IMG/VR virus record: IMGVR_UViG_3300025623_000002
Length of the DNA stretch: 64,000 bases
Source of the DNA: an uncultured virus (IMG/VR IMGVR_UViG_3300025623_000002)
Lineage: Duplodnaviria > Heunggongvirae > Uroviricota > Caudoviricetes
Direction: 5' to 3' (one strand)
In this document: in pieces, positions 9,193 to 18,283 of the stretch
How positions within the stretch are numbered: position 1 is the stretch's first letter
Layout of the letters: every line of letters starts with the position of its first letter
Translations under genes and position numbers: made by a program
The notes under the pieces: generated by a model
Told to the model about the DNA's origin: nothing
What the model saw: only the letters and a program-made list of their open reading frames with translations
Databases searched by the model: none

Positions 9193-10109
9193 AATGTTCA
9201 GAATGTAATTGTATTACAACTTCCTTTGATGAAAGATTAGGTGAAACTATTTGTAATGATTGCGGTCTGATTTTATCAGTAGATATTTTTGAAGAAACAA
9301 TGAGTGTAATTACAACAACAAAGCAACAAGGTAATATTAAATTTAATAGAAGTGCTGATATTTATACTCTAGGTTCTGTAATATGGAAGAATGATGTGAA
9401 GGTAGGCTACAATAGTAATAACTACAAGTTGTTTCGTGAACAATTAAGGTCAGTTTCTAATCCAACAGAACAAAAGTTCAAGGTTTCATCCGGTATGTTT
9501 TTATCTTATTATAGTGGAAAATCACTACTTCCTGAAGTTTTTTTGAAGTTTAAAATTCTTAAAGAAGAACATATAATAAGAGGACTACCTATTGATAATG
9601 TAGCCGCAGGTATAGTATATTATGTTCTTAAAGAAAAAAATATTCCTGTTTCATTGAAGGATTTTTCAAAGAAAAGTAAAATACCCACTAAAAATATAAT
9701 GAGAACGGCTAAAAAACTAACTAAGAGGTTTGGTAAAGCACATGTATTTAGTGATTTAAATGTAAATGATATAATTAATCAATTTATAGAAAATTTAAAT
9801 TCTTTAGAAGGTAAATGTAAGATACCTGATTCTGTTAGAATGGATTGTTACAATTTTATTGAATATATAAAAAGGTGTTATGATAATTTTAACTTAACAT
9901 TTACAAGAAACCATATAATAACAGCAATATGGATGGTAGGACAAACACATATTTCACTAAATATAACACAAGATTCTCTCAAAGAATTATGTAACATAAG
10001 CCCATATACTATTAGACATAAAACTGAACAGATTTGTAATAATCTAAATTTAGATAGAAGTAAATTGAAATTATATACTATTGAAAATATTATAAATGGG
10101 GTAAGATAA
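9189..10109 (+). CDS. tfb: Transcription initiation factor B (TFB/TFIIB) homologue
   Basis: N-terminal Zn ribbon CSEC...GETICNDCGLI, then two cyclin-like helical repeats (RGLPIDNVAAGIVY; ITQDSLKELCNISPYTIR). Confidence 0.85.
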   Translation: MKCSECNCITTSFDERLGETICNDCGLILSVDIFEETMSVITTTKQQGNIKFNRSADIYTLGSVIWKNDVKVGYNSNNYKLFREQLRSVSNPTEQKFKVSSGMFLSYYSGKSLLPEVFLKFKILKEEHIIRGLPIDNVAAGIVYYVLKEKNIPVSLKDFSKKSKIPTKNIMRTAKKLTKRFGKAHVFSDLNVNDIINQFIENLNSLEGKCKIPDSVRMDCYNFIEYIKRCYDNFNLTFTRNHIITAIWMVGQTHISLNITQDSLKELCNISPYTIRHKTEQICNNLNLDRSKLKLYTIENIINGVR

Positions 10110-10110
10110 T

Positions 10111-10257
10111 ATGGGAATAATGAATGAAATAGATATAATGGTTAAAAACCAAGAAAGCCCTGAAGAAATAGCAAAAGTTATTCTCAGTTCAGGGAATTTT
10201 GATGGTAATAGTGATGAAGCATTAAGATGTGCAATAGAAATAATAAAGGAGCAATAA
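10111..10257 (+). CDS. Small hypothetical protein (48 aa, not in ORF track)
   Basis: MGIMNEIDIM...IIKEQ*; fills the gap between TFB and E1. Confidence 0.55.
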   Translation: MGIMNEIDIMVKNQESPEEIAKVILSSGNFDGNSDEALRCAIEIIKEQ

Positions 10258-10259
10258 AA

Positions 10260-10901
10260 ATGAAAATAAAAAAATTAAAACAAAGAAAAATATTGATAAT
10301 AGGAGCAGGTGGGATAGGTAGTTATCTTGTATCTTTCCTAGAAAGAATTAGTGAGAGAAGACAACCACTTTATCACATTACTATTTATGATGATGATAAA
10401 GTAGAAGAAAAGAATTTATCTTATCAGAATTATAATGTAAGTGATGTTGGTAAAACAAAAGTAAGCGTTGTTGGTAATTCAGTAGGGATAAAACCTGCTA
10501 TAATTAATCGAGAAGAATTTCAAGTATTAATATCTAAACAAATGCATGGATATAAAGGTAAATATCCTTATGACCTTGTAATTTGTTGTGTTGATAATCT
10601 TGCTGCTAGAAGATTAATGTATAAAGAAGGACATGGAGAAGATTGTCCTGTAAAATGGTTAGACCTTAGAGCGCAAGGTAGAAATGCAGTATTGATTTCT
10701 TACAAAGTTAATCCTATATTAATACCGGATTTACTTGCCGGTGCAGATGGTTCATTTAGTTGCCAAAATGGAGATTGGGATGGTTCTGCTAAAGACGTTA
10801 ATTCAATGCATATTGCAATAGCAGGTATTGGAACTCAATGGATTCAACGATGGTTTAATGATAATAATGATGTTGCAGATAAAATGGTGGTGCATGTATG
10901 A
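10260..10901 (+). CDS. ThiF/MoeB/E1-like ubiquitin-like protein activating enzyme
   Basis: IIGAGGIGS, DDDKVEEKNLSYQ, VGKTK, CCVDN..AR, and SCQ candidate catalytic Cys (10761-10763); start after AAGGAG. Confidence 0.9.
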   Translation: MKIKKLKQRKILIIGAGGIGSYLVSFLERISERRQPLYHITIYDDDKVEEKNLSYQNYNVSDVGKTKVSVVGNSVGIKPAIINREEFQVLISKQMHGYKGKYPYDLVICCVDNLAARRLMYKEGHGEDCPVKWLDLRAQGRNAVLISYKVNPILIPDLLAGADGSFSCQNGDWDGSAKDVNSMHIAIAGIGTQWIQRWFNDNNDVADKMVVHV

Positions 10902-11134
10902 GAGCCGCGTCAAAGGCTCATGTTGAGTATGAAGTGTTAAGATATATTCTTAATAATATAGACTTGTCTGATTTAGAAGAAAGAATGTGTCCTAAAGATG
11001 ATGCTAAGTTAGAGTTACTAACTAAGAGATTTAATGATGGTGCAAACGCTATTTCTAAACAGATTAATAATAAGATTCAAAGTAGGAAGAATAAACTTCC
11101 AAAGAAGCATTCAGCATATGAGGTGAAAGAATGA
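10898..11134 (+). CDS. Hypothetical protein
   Basis: ATGA-coupled to E1 and to the next gene. Confidence 0.7.
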   Translation: MRAASKAHVEYEVLRYILNNIDLSDLEERMCPKDDAKLELLTKRFNDGANAISKQINNKIQSRKNKLPKKHSAYEVKE

Positions 11135-11421
11135 GTGATGAAAGTGGAATGCTAAAAGAGATGTGCGACGAGTGTGGTAAGGATTATTCAGGTGACGAGA
11201 TTCGACGCTGCTCTATCTGCAACACAGCAGTTCACATGAACAGTTGTGGGGATGAGTGGAAGTATGACGAGTCACTACATGACGAGCATCACAGAAGCGG
11301 TGATGTGTGTTCCCGCTGCGTAACAAACATTATCTTACACCACTTACAACATTTAGGTGAGAGTGAGGATAGACAAGCCAACTTTACTTGGTGGTTCAAC
11401 AAAGGAGATGAAGAAGAATGA
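11131..11421 (+). CDS. C4HC3 (PHD/RING-variant-like) zinc-finger protein
   Basis: C-x2-C-x11-C-x2-C-x4-H-x3-C-x20-C-x2-C. Confidence 0.6.
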   Translation: MSDESGMLKEMCDECGKDYSGDEIRRCSICNTAVHMNSCGDEWKYDESLHDEHHRSGDVCSRCVTNIILHHLQHLGESEDRQANFTWWFNKGDEEE

Positions 11422-11972
11422 ATGATAAAGAAGAAGATGATAGAATGATTGATGAAAGCAAATACGAAGGACACACACCTGCACCTTGGCGAGTTGAAAA
11501 CGGAAGCATACACGCAAAAGCCGATTGGTGGTCAGGAGCAGGTGATATGATTTTCTTTTCAAAACGACACGGACAAGATGCAAACTCACAACTCATGGCA
11601 GACGCACCACTTCTCTTAGCAGAAGTCAAGCGGTTGCGTAAGATATTAGGCGATATTGTTGAGACTGAATCTCCGGAAATATGTTTGGCTTGTAATGGAG
11701 TGAATAAAGACCCCGAAACTCACGGATATTGTGAAAACTGCCGAGTGAAATGCGAGATTTGCGGAAATTATTTGGATGAAGACACCGAAGGAGAAAATTA
11801 TGAGAATGAGAATTGTGGGTGTTGTTATGTTGAAGCAGGGATTATCCCCGAATGGATGGGTCATTCCTATTACGCCAACGATTATCTCAAAGATTTCTCC
11901 CCCAAAGTGTTAGAAGAATACGGGTATGATAACCCTTGTGATTGTGGGGATGAGGAAGGTGATGCAGAATGA
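11418..11972 (+). CDS. Phage HTPxPW-motif protein with Cys-rich C-terminus
   Basis: HTPAPW...ANSQLMADAPLLL motif typical of phage proteins; several CxxC pairs. Confidence 0.7.
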   Translation: MNDKEEDDRMIDESKYEGHTPAPWRVENGSIHAKADWWSGAGDMIFFSKRHGQDANSQLMADAPLLLAEVKRLRKILGDIVETESPEICLACNGVNKDPETHGYCENCRVKCEICGNYLDEDTEGENYENENCGCCYVEAGIIPEWMGHSYYANDYLKDFSPKVLEEYGYDNPCDCGDEEGDAE

Positions 11973-12229
11973 AGTATATTCATTTCAATATATTAGATAG
12001 GGTTCTATGTGATGCAGAAGCAGAACCCGTTCCAGAAAAATTGGCAAACACTAGAAGATTGTGTAATGATTGTATTCAAGTTATATGGAAGGAACAGTAT
12101 AGTAGAAGTCGATTTTTTCCCCAAGAGTGGGTAGAAAAAGTTGATACACAAACGGAGTTATTACCACCTAAAAAAATAAAACCATTAGCGTATTATTTAA
12201 AATTAAAGGAAGTACAACTATGGGAGTAA
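11969..12229 (+). CDS. Hypothetical protein, possible Zn binder
   Basis: H...LC...LCNDC; ATGA coupling. Confidence 0.65.
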   Translation: MKYIHFNILDRVLCDAEAEPVPEKLANTRRLCNDCIQVIWKEQYSRSRFFPQEWVEKVDTQTELLPPKKIKPLAYYLKLKEVQLWE

Positions 12230-12417
12230 AAAGATACCGGTATATGGATGGTGAAAAAGGTGATGAACAATACCTAAAAGCGAAAGATGAGGAATCAGAA
12301 GCCGTAACCATGTTTATGCACAATCTAATAGAAAGGGCTGAAATAAAAGCAAGTAAATATAGAAATATTGCTTTACTTTCTAATGTCTGTTGGATTTTAG
12401 TATATTATTGGTGGTGA
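12220..12417 (+). CDS. Hypothetical protein with a hydrophobic C-terminus
   Basis: 65 aa ending IALLSNVCWILVYYWW. Confidence 0.55.
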   Translation: MGVKRYRYMDGEKGDEQYLKAKDEESEAVTMFMHNLIERAEIKASKYRNIALLSNVCWILVYYWW

Positions 12418-12421
12418 AAGT

Positions 12422-12583
12422 ATGAGCAATGACTCAGTAAATAATTGCCCTATTTGTAAAGAACCAATGAAATTAATGAAGGGAATATCCCATAAATCCC
12501 GTTATGATGACGGTGTTTCAACACAATACCATTATTGTGTTCATTGTAGTGAAGAAAAATGGAAAAACAAGGAGAGTGAATAA
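12422..12583 (+). CDS. Small Zn-ribbon protein (53 aa, not in ORF track)
   Basis: MSNDSVNNCPICKEPM...HYCVHCSEE; RBS GGTGGTGA. Confidence 0.7.
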   Translation: MSNDSVNNCPICKEPMKLMKGISHKSRYDDGVSTQYHYCVHCSEEKWKNKESE

Positions 12584-12584
12584 A

Positions 12585-12824
12585 ATGGTAGAAGATACAG
12601 ATATAGATGATATAATAGAAGAAGATGTAGGGAATATAATGAATGTAATAACAACTGATGGTTATTATATTCAAGCCCAAGTAGTAAAGGTATCATGCCC
12701 TGCTTGTGGTGAGGAATTTTTAGGAACTAAACGCCATGCTGGTGGATTTATTGCAGGTCATATAGCCTTTCATGAATTTGAAAATACCCGCGACACAATA
12801 GTAGAATCAATGGGGGGAATATAA
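12585..12824 (+). CDS. C2H2-like zinc-finger protein
   Basis: CPACG...GHIAFH; start moved to ATG 12585 after GGAGAGTGA. Confidence 0.7.
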   Translation: MVEDTDIDDIIEEDVGNIMNVITTDGYYIQAQVVKVSCPACGEEFLGTKRHAGGFIAGHIAFHEFENTRDTIVESMGGI

Positions 12825-12910
12825 TTGGTTTCGTGGTCGTTTGAAGAAAGAACAATGTTATATGAATTAGATAATGATGGACACCTGATGGTAATTAGGA
12901 GTGAAATAAA

Positions 12911-13473
12911 ATGAAAGAAAAAATAAAAATAGAAGAAGAAAATAAAGCAATGAAAGATTTTGATTGGAAGAATCACATTAGGGATGTGTATAAAGATATG
13001 AATAAAATCAATGAAGGTGGTGTTAATTTTATTAGCCCTTGCCAAGATAGTGAAGTATTTTTAACATCAATTTGGAATATGTCTATGGATGTATTAGATG
13101 GTATGGAAGTGCAAGTAGTTATTGACGACAAAGATGATTTGTATATCAGTAGTGGTTCAGCATCATTTGTATCTTTTGAAAATCATGAAGATGAATTAGT
13201 AAATGGTGCGCCAATGAGAATACCAATTAAATCATGGATTCATACCCATCCATTTGGTGAGGCTTACCTTAGCGGTACAGATTGGAAAACAGTAAAGACA
13301 TGGCAACCTATTATGAAAAGTGCTATTGTGTTAGGTGATAATCAATACCTTGCGGTGAACATGGATAATGCTAGATACGAAAAGGGAACTTTTTCAGCAA
13401 AGAAGGTTTACTATGGATTATTAGAACAAACTAATTTTGGTGATGTAGAACCTATGATGGAAGGTGAAGAATA

Positions 13474-13474
<1 letters not shown>
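12911..13474 (+). CDS. JAB/JAMM (MPN+) metalloprotease
   Basis: Upstream Glu (MEVQVV) plus exact HxH-x7-S-x2-D motif: HTHPFGEAYLSGTD. Confidence 0.9.
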
Positions 13475-13770
<296 letters not shown>

Positions 13771-13860
13771 ATGACTACATTAACTGAAGAGAATAGCAGA
13801 CAAACAACATTAGAAGAATTTGGATTATTTTTATACTTAAAGTTTGGAGATGAAGAATAA
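13771..13860 (+). CDS. 29-aa micropeptide with a PIP-box-like motif (not in ORF track)
   Basis: MTTLTEENSRQTTLEEFGLFLYLKFGDEE*; AGGAGA RBS; abuts both neighbours exactly. Confidence 0.55.
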   Translation: MTTLTEENSRQTTLEEFGLFLYLKFGDEE

Positions 13861-14315
13861 TGGTGGTTAGAATGAAGAAATTTATTGCAATATTATTTGC
13901 ATCAATTCTATTAGCAGGGTGTTCCATTCCTGACCCTGAAGAAGTATTTGCTGAAGAAAAGGAAGCCCCTAAAGAATGGATTAATATTAATGGGTCATTT
14001 ACTTATTTAATTAATGATATGAATAATTCTACACAAGAAACTATTTGGATAAATGTTAATAGTTCTCATGGTTTAATTGAGTTAGATAGTTTCCAATATA
14101 ATATTACACATCTAAGTTTTGAAGTAGTGAATAATACAGTTTATTTTCATAACTATACATATGTTGTATCGGGTTATCTTGAACAAAATAATTTTATGTG
14201 GAATATTGGATATGCACCTAATTTTGGTAATGCAAGTTTAATATTTCCAACCTTTCCATTTGATGTAACTATTTATTACAATGTTAATTATCGTATATGG
14301 AATGGTCAAGAATGA
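13860..14315 (+). CDS. Putative lipoprotein / surface glycoprotein
   Basis: MKKFIAILFASILLAGC lipobox; many N-x-S/T sequons; start may be 13872. Confidence 0.75.
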   Translation: MVVRMKKFIAILFASILLAGCSIPDPEEVFAEEKEAPKEWININGSFTYLINDMNNSTQETIWINVNSSHGLIELDSFQYNITHLSFEVVNNTVYFHNYTYVVSGYLEQNNFMWNIGYAPNFGNASLIFPTFPFDVTIYYNVNYRIWNGQE

Positions 14316-14713
14316 ATAAGAAAGCATTGACTGTTCATTTTCCTGCACCATTACCAGCAGAAATACCTTGCCCTATTTGTGAAGGCAATAAATGTAAGGT
14401 TTGTGATAAAACAGGTAAGATGAAATTAGTAGTAGATGCTAAAGTACCAATACAAAGAAATCTTATTATAAAATATATTTCTAATAATTTAGAACATATA
14501 GCAATAGAATTATCTAGACAGTATGGTTTAGTTCCTGAAGTTAATACTGAAGAAATATTTGAGTGTGATGAAGGAACAACATATGAAATTGCAAAGATAA
14601 GTAGTTTAGGTGGAGTGATATGGATAGCAAGCAGATTAGACAAATTAGAATCTCCTAGATATTTTAATAGTGTTAAAGAATTAACTCGATTTAAAGAAGG
14701 GTGGTTTACATGA
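14312..14713 (+). CDS. Zn-finger protein (DnaJ-type CxxCxG-like)
   Basis: CPICEGNKCKVCDKTG; ATGA overlap start (track ORF starts 14297). Confidence 0.7.
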   Translation: MNKKALTVHFPAPLPAEIPCPICEGNKCKVCDKTGKMKLVVDAKVPIQRNLIIKYISNNLEHIAIELSRQYGLVPEVNTEEIFECDEGTTYEIAKISSLGGVIWIASRLDKLESPRYFNSVKELTRFKEGWFT

Positions 14714-14940
14714 GTGATGATATGGATATAATAGCAAGAGTACCACGAAATGCTACCACTGAACTATTAATCAAAACAGGAACTTTTTGGAAAATTGAAG
14801 TGGTAGATATTAGATGGTATTCTGATGGTAAACCAACAAGAAAAGGAGTAAGAATAAATATGGATGAATTGCCTACTTTAATTAAGGCACTTCAAAAAAT
14901 TAATAATAAAAATGAGGCAAACAAGGATGAGTCTGAGTAG
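14710..14940 (+). CDS. PC4/Sub1-like ssDNA-binding protein
   Basis: VDIRWY...PTRKGVRI motif of the PC4 family. Confidence 0.8.
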   Translation: MSDDMDIIARVPRNATTELLIKTGTFWKIEVVDIRWYSDGKPTRKGVRINMDELPTLIKALQKINNKNEANKDESE

Positions 14941-16456
14941 ATTATCAAAAATGTGTGAAGCAATAGAAATAACTAATAGTTTCAAAGATAAAATTAAAAT
15001 TATAGATGAATCGTTGAGTTCATTTTCTAATCCTAAATTAGTGTTAGATATTCTAACTCTAAATTTAGAAACTAATTCTATTGGTAATAAACGAGCAATA
15101 ACTTGGGTTGCTAATGCTTTAGAGTTGTTTGAAGAAGAAGTTAAAAGTCAAGAAGAAATATGGGGAGATATAGGAGAAGGACTGTATCAATATTTACCTA
15201 GTAAAGAAGATAGTAAACTTTCAATTAAAGAAGTTTATTCCTTATTATTATTAGATTGTTCTAGTATTAACAGTAATTCATATGTTATTTTTGCTAGTGC
15301 AATAAAAGATATGTCTGATTTAGAGATTAAATGGTTTATTAGATATTGGTTAAGGATTCCTAGAAATAGAGTTTCATATTCAATTGTTGTTAAGGCAATA
15401 AATAAAAGATTTCCTAATAATGATGTAATTAAATTATGTAATATACAACATGTTTCAATAGTATTTTCTTATTTAGAATCAGGTAGAACACCACCTACTA
15501 CTATACAAACAGGAATGTTTCTAAAACCATCATTGGCTAAAACTTATAATTCTAATTTACCTTCAGAATATATTTTAGACATAAAGTATGATGGTAATAG
15601 ATATCAAATACATAAAGATAATAAAAATGTTATGATTTTTAATAGAAAAGGTAAACTTGTAACTCATCAGTTTCCTGATGTAGCAGAACAGGTTTCACAC
15701 TTCAATGCCAATAGTTGTATTTTAGATACTGAAATATATCCCATAATTAAAAATGGTAGTATAGACCCTGCACCACACAAGAAAATGGCGGCAAGGGTAC
15801 ATTCCAAAGATAAACAAGAAGCCTTGCTTAAATGCCCAGTTAAAATGGTAATTTTTGATATTATACAATACATGGGTGAGTTATTAATTGACGAACCATA
15901 TAGAATAAGGTTATCACATCTATTGGATTTTCCAATAGAAAATAGAGTATGGAGTTTTGATATAGATACTTCGATTGAATCAGCATATAACATTGCTATT
16001 AATAGAGGATTTGAGGGTATTATGATTAAAGATTTAAATGCCCCATACAAAAGTGGTAGGAGTAATAATATATTGAAACATAAACCTTCTAGAATAGAAT
16101 TAGATGTAGTTATTACTTCTGCTGAATATGGTAAAGGTAGAAGGACAGGTGTGTTTAGTTCATTTGGAATTTCAGTAAAAACTGAAAATGGATATGAAAG
16201 TATAGGTAAAGTAGGCACTGGATTATCAGATAGTGATTTGCTACATCTAACAACAGAACTTAAGAAGATAATAGATAACTATTCTTCGGATGTGTATTAT
16301 GTATTACCTAGAATAGTTTTAGAAGTTAGATGTGATTTAATATCACAAGATTCTAATGGTAATTATGGATTAAGGTTTCCTAGAGTAGAGAGAATTAGAA
16401 ATGATAAACACCCATATGATTGCAATACTTTAGAAGATGTTAAAAACAATAGGTAA
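14912..16456 (+). CDS. lig: ATP-dependent DNA ligase
   Basis: KYDGNR (motif I), LDTE, FDI, EGIMIK, LRFPR. Confidence 0.95.
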   Translation: MRQTRMSLSRLSKMCEAIEITNSFKDKIKIIDESLSSFSNPKLVLDILTLNLETNSIGNKRAITWVANALELFEEEVKSQEEIWGDIGEGLYQYLPSKEDSKLSIKEVYSLLLLDCSSINSNSYVIFASAIKDMSDLEIKWFIRYWLRIPRNRVSYSIVVKAINKRFPNNDVIKLCNIQHVSIVFSYLESGRTPPTTIQTGMFLKPSLAKTYNSNLPSEYILDIKYDGNRYQIHKDNKNVMIFNRKGKLVTHQFPDVAEQVSHFNANSCILDTEIYPIIKNGSIDPAPHKKMAARVHSKDKQEALLKCPVKMVIFDIIQYMGELLIDEPYRIRLSHLLDFPIENRVWSFDIDTSIESAYNIAINRGFEGIMIKDLNAPYKSGRSNNILKHKPSRIELDVVITSAEYGKGRRTGVFSSFGISVKTENGYESIGKVGTGLSDSDLLHLTTELKKIIDNYSSDVYYVLPRIVLEVRCDLISQDSNGNYGLRFPRVERIRNDKHPYDCNTLEDVKNNR

Positions 16457-16488
16457 AATATTAATTACCTACAGCCAAAGGCAAGTAT

Positions 16489-16890
16489 ATGTTAGACCGG
16501 AATGTGGTTCTTGGTATTTGTTCAATAATAGCAAAACCCACAGTATCAATTATTAAAGCCGAAAGATATAGTATGGGATATAGAGTTAAATTATCAATAG
16601 TATTTAGAAGCAATGCTGAAAGGTTGTTGGCACTTCAGCGTTGCTTCCTTCAAAACAATATAGAAAGTAAATATAAAATATCTGAATCAAAAAGTAGACA
16701 AAGACCTATTCTGATTATATCTAAGTTAAATGATATATCTAAATTTGTAGAAACATATGATATTGTTTCAGTATCTTTTAGTGATAATTGGGATATATTT
16801 ATTAATGTTAAAAAATTAATAGGAGAAAACTCACATAAAACTATGAAGGGTCTTGATGAAATAATAGAATTAAAGGGGTATTTAATATGA
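16489..16890 (+). CDS. Degenerate LAGLIDADG-fold protein
   Basis: GYRVKLSIVF strand and C-terminal HKTMKGLDEIIELK resemble single-domain LAGLIDADG endonucleases; catalytic acidic motif absent. Confidence 0.55.
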   Translation: MLDRNVVLGICSIIAKPTVSIIKAERYSMGYRVKLSIVFRSNAERLLALQRCFLQNNIESKYKISESKSRQRPILIISKLNDISKFVETYDIVSVSFSDNWDIFINVKKLIGENSHKTMKGLDEIIELKGYLI

Positions 16891-17216
16891 AGTGTGTTAG
16901 ATGTAATCTAAGAAATACTTCATCAAATAAAGACATGTGTAACATGTGTTATCTAAATATATTAGATAATAAACCTAAAAATAAAGTTGATGATGTAGAG
17001 ATATTAGAATATCATATTCACAAGGCTCTTTGGGATGGTTGCAACGATTGTGGTTGTAATGATTTTTATTGTGATGCAGGTATAAAAGAAGAAAAAGAAG
17101 TTAAATGGTACATATTAAAAGTTCGATGTCCCAATTGTAATAGTAATTATGAACAAATAATGGAAGTAAGAATAAATGAGTTTAATAAAAATAAGCAAAG
17201 AACACATGAGCAGTAA
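16887..17216 (+). CDS. Cys-rich double zinc-finger protein
   Basis: CVRC..CNMC and CNDC..CPNC. Confidence 0.7.
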   Translation: MKCVRCNLRNTSSNKDMCNMCYLNILDNKPKNKVDDVEILEYHIHKALWDGCNDCGCNDFYCDAGIKEEKEVKWYILKVRCPNCNSNYEQIMEVRINEFNKNKQRTHEQ

Positions 17217-18027
17217 GCCACTAATAGTTTTAGGCAATACTGCTATGGATAAAATGAAAAGAGCAAGAAGTTTTGTTTCTGATAGTCCAATAGTAATGTA
17301 TGCCAATGAGTTTAATATTGTAGACAATTATAGTATTCCTAAAGATAGAGGAATTATAATAGATGAGATGCACTTTAAACCAAATAATGATTTAATTAAA
17401 AAAACTATATTAGAATATGCAGGACAAGTAGTATTGATTTCTGATAGTAAAAAAGCAGTGTTGCCTACAATATATAATTTATGTGATATGAAAAGACCAA
17501 CGGAAAAAATAGATGTGAAAAACATTTCACCAAGAGCAGATGAACCTGTTAATTATGAAGTAGATATGTTCACTTTAGCAAGAGAATATTTAACTAATAG
17601 AGATAGAGATGAAGTTGCATTAAAACTTAAGATAAATACACCAGCAGATAATCAATTATTATCTTGGATTGTTCCTAATATAAACCCTAACAAAATAGCG
17701 TTTATAGATAATAATGTTAAAAGACGCTGGAACAGTTCATATTTTTATGAGTTATTAGCATATTCTCATAATGGTAAACTAAGTGCTAAGATGGTTATGC
17801 CTACCAGAAGGAAATATTCTAAGTTAGGTAGTATCGCTAGTAGATTAGGATTAAGAAGGCATGAAACTTATTTGATTCAAGACCTTCTTAAAAATGAAGA
17901 ATTTAAAAAATATGCTATGACTAAGTTAAATAATTCAGAATGTAGATTATTAAAACTTGGTGAAAAGAAAGTTAGAAAAATAGATAATATTGTTTTACCT
18001 ACTCCAACATTAGACAAGTGGTTATAA
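17176..18027 (+). CDS. Divergent RFC large-subunit-like protein (degenerate AAA+)
   Basis: PLIVLGNTAMDKM (degenerate Walker A), IIIDE (Walker B), C-terminal PIP-like TLDKWL; close to RFC small subunit. Confidence 0.55.
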   Translation: MSLIKISKEHMSSKPLIVLGNTAMDKMKRARSFVSDSPIVMYANEFNIVDNYSIPKDRGIIIDEMHFKPNNDLIKKTILEYAGQVVLISDSKKAVLPTIYNLCDMKRPTEKIDVKNISPRADEPVNYEVDMFTLAREYLTNRDRDEVALKLKINTPADNQLLSWIVPNINPNKIAFIDNNVKRRWNSSYFYELLAYSHNGKLSAKMVMPTRRKYSKLGSIASRLGLRRHETYLIQDLLKNEEFKKYAMTKLNNSECRLLKLGEKKVRKIDNIVLPTPTLDKWL

Positions 18028-18281
18028 TGGCAAGTCATAAAAAACACCAAGATAGAAAAAAGGCTCTAATAGAGTATGGAGAAAAACATATTAATACTAC
18101 TCTAGATTTTAATGAGATAATGATATTCATTAACACTTATAAAAATAATAGAGGTAGATTACATAGAAAGGTTAATACTAATAGACAAGTAATATATAAT
18201 TTACTATTAGGAATGGATGAATTTAAAAAAGTAAAAAAAGGGTATTGGAAATATATACCTATTAAAAAAAATGAGGAATAA
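18018..18281 (+). CDS. Basic hypothetical protein
   Basis: 87 aa, K/R-rich. Confidence 0.6.
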   Translation: MVIMASHKKHQDRKKALIEYGEKHINTTLDFNEIMIFINTYKNNRGRLHRKVNTNRQVIYNLLLGMDEFKKVKKGYWKYIPIKKNEE

Positions 18282-18283
18282 AA

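Noticed and set aside
10260..10901. ThiF as part of thiamine or molybdopterin biosynthesis
   Set aside because: No ThiG, MoaE or other pathway genes in the window; a sulfur-carrier role is not excluded but has no contextual support
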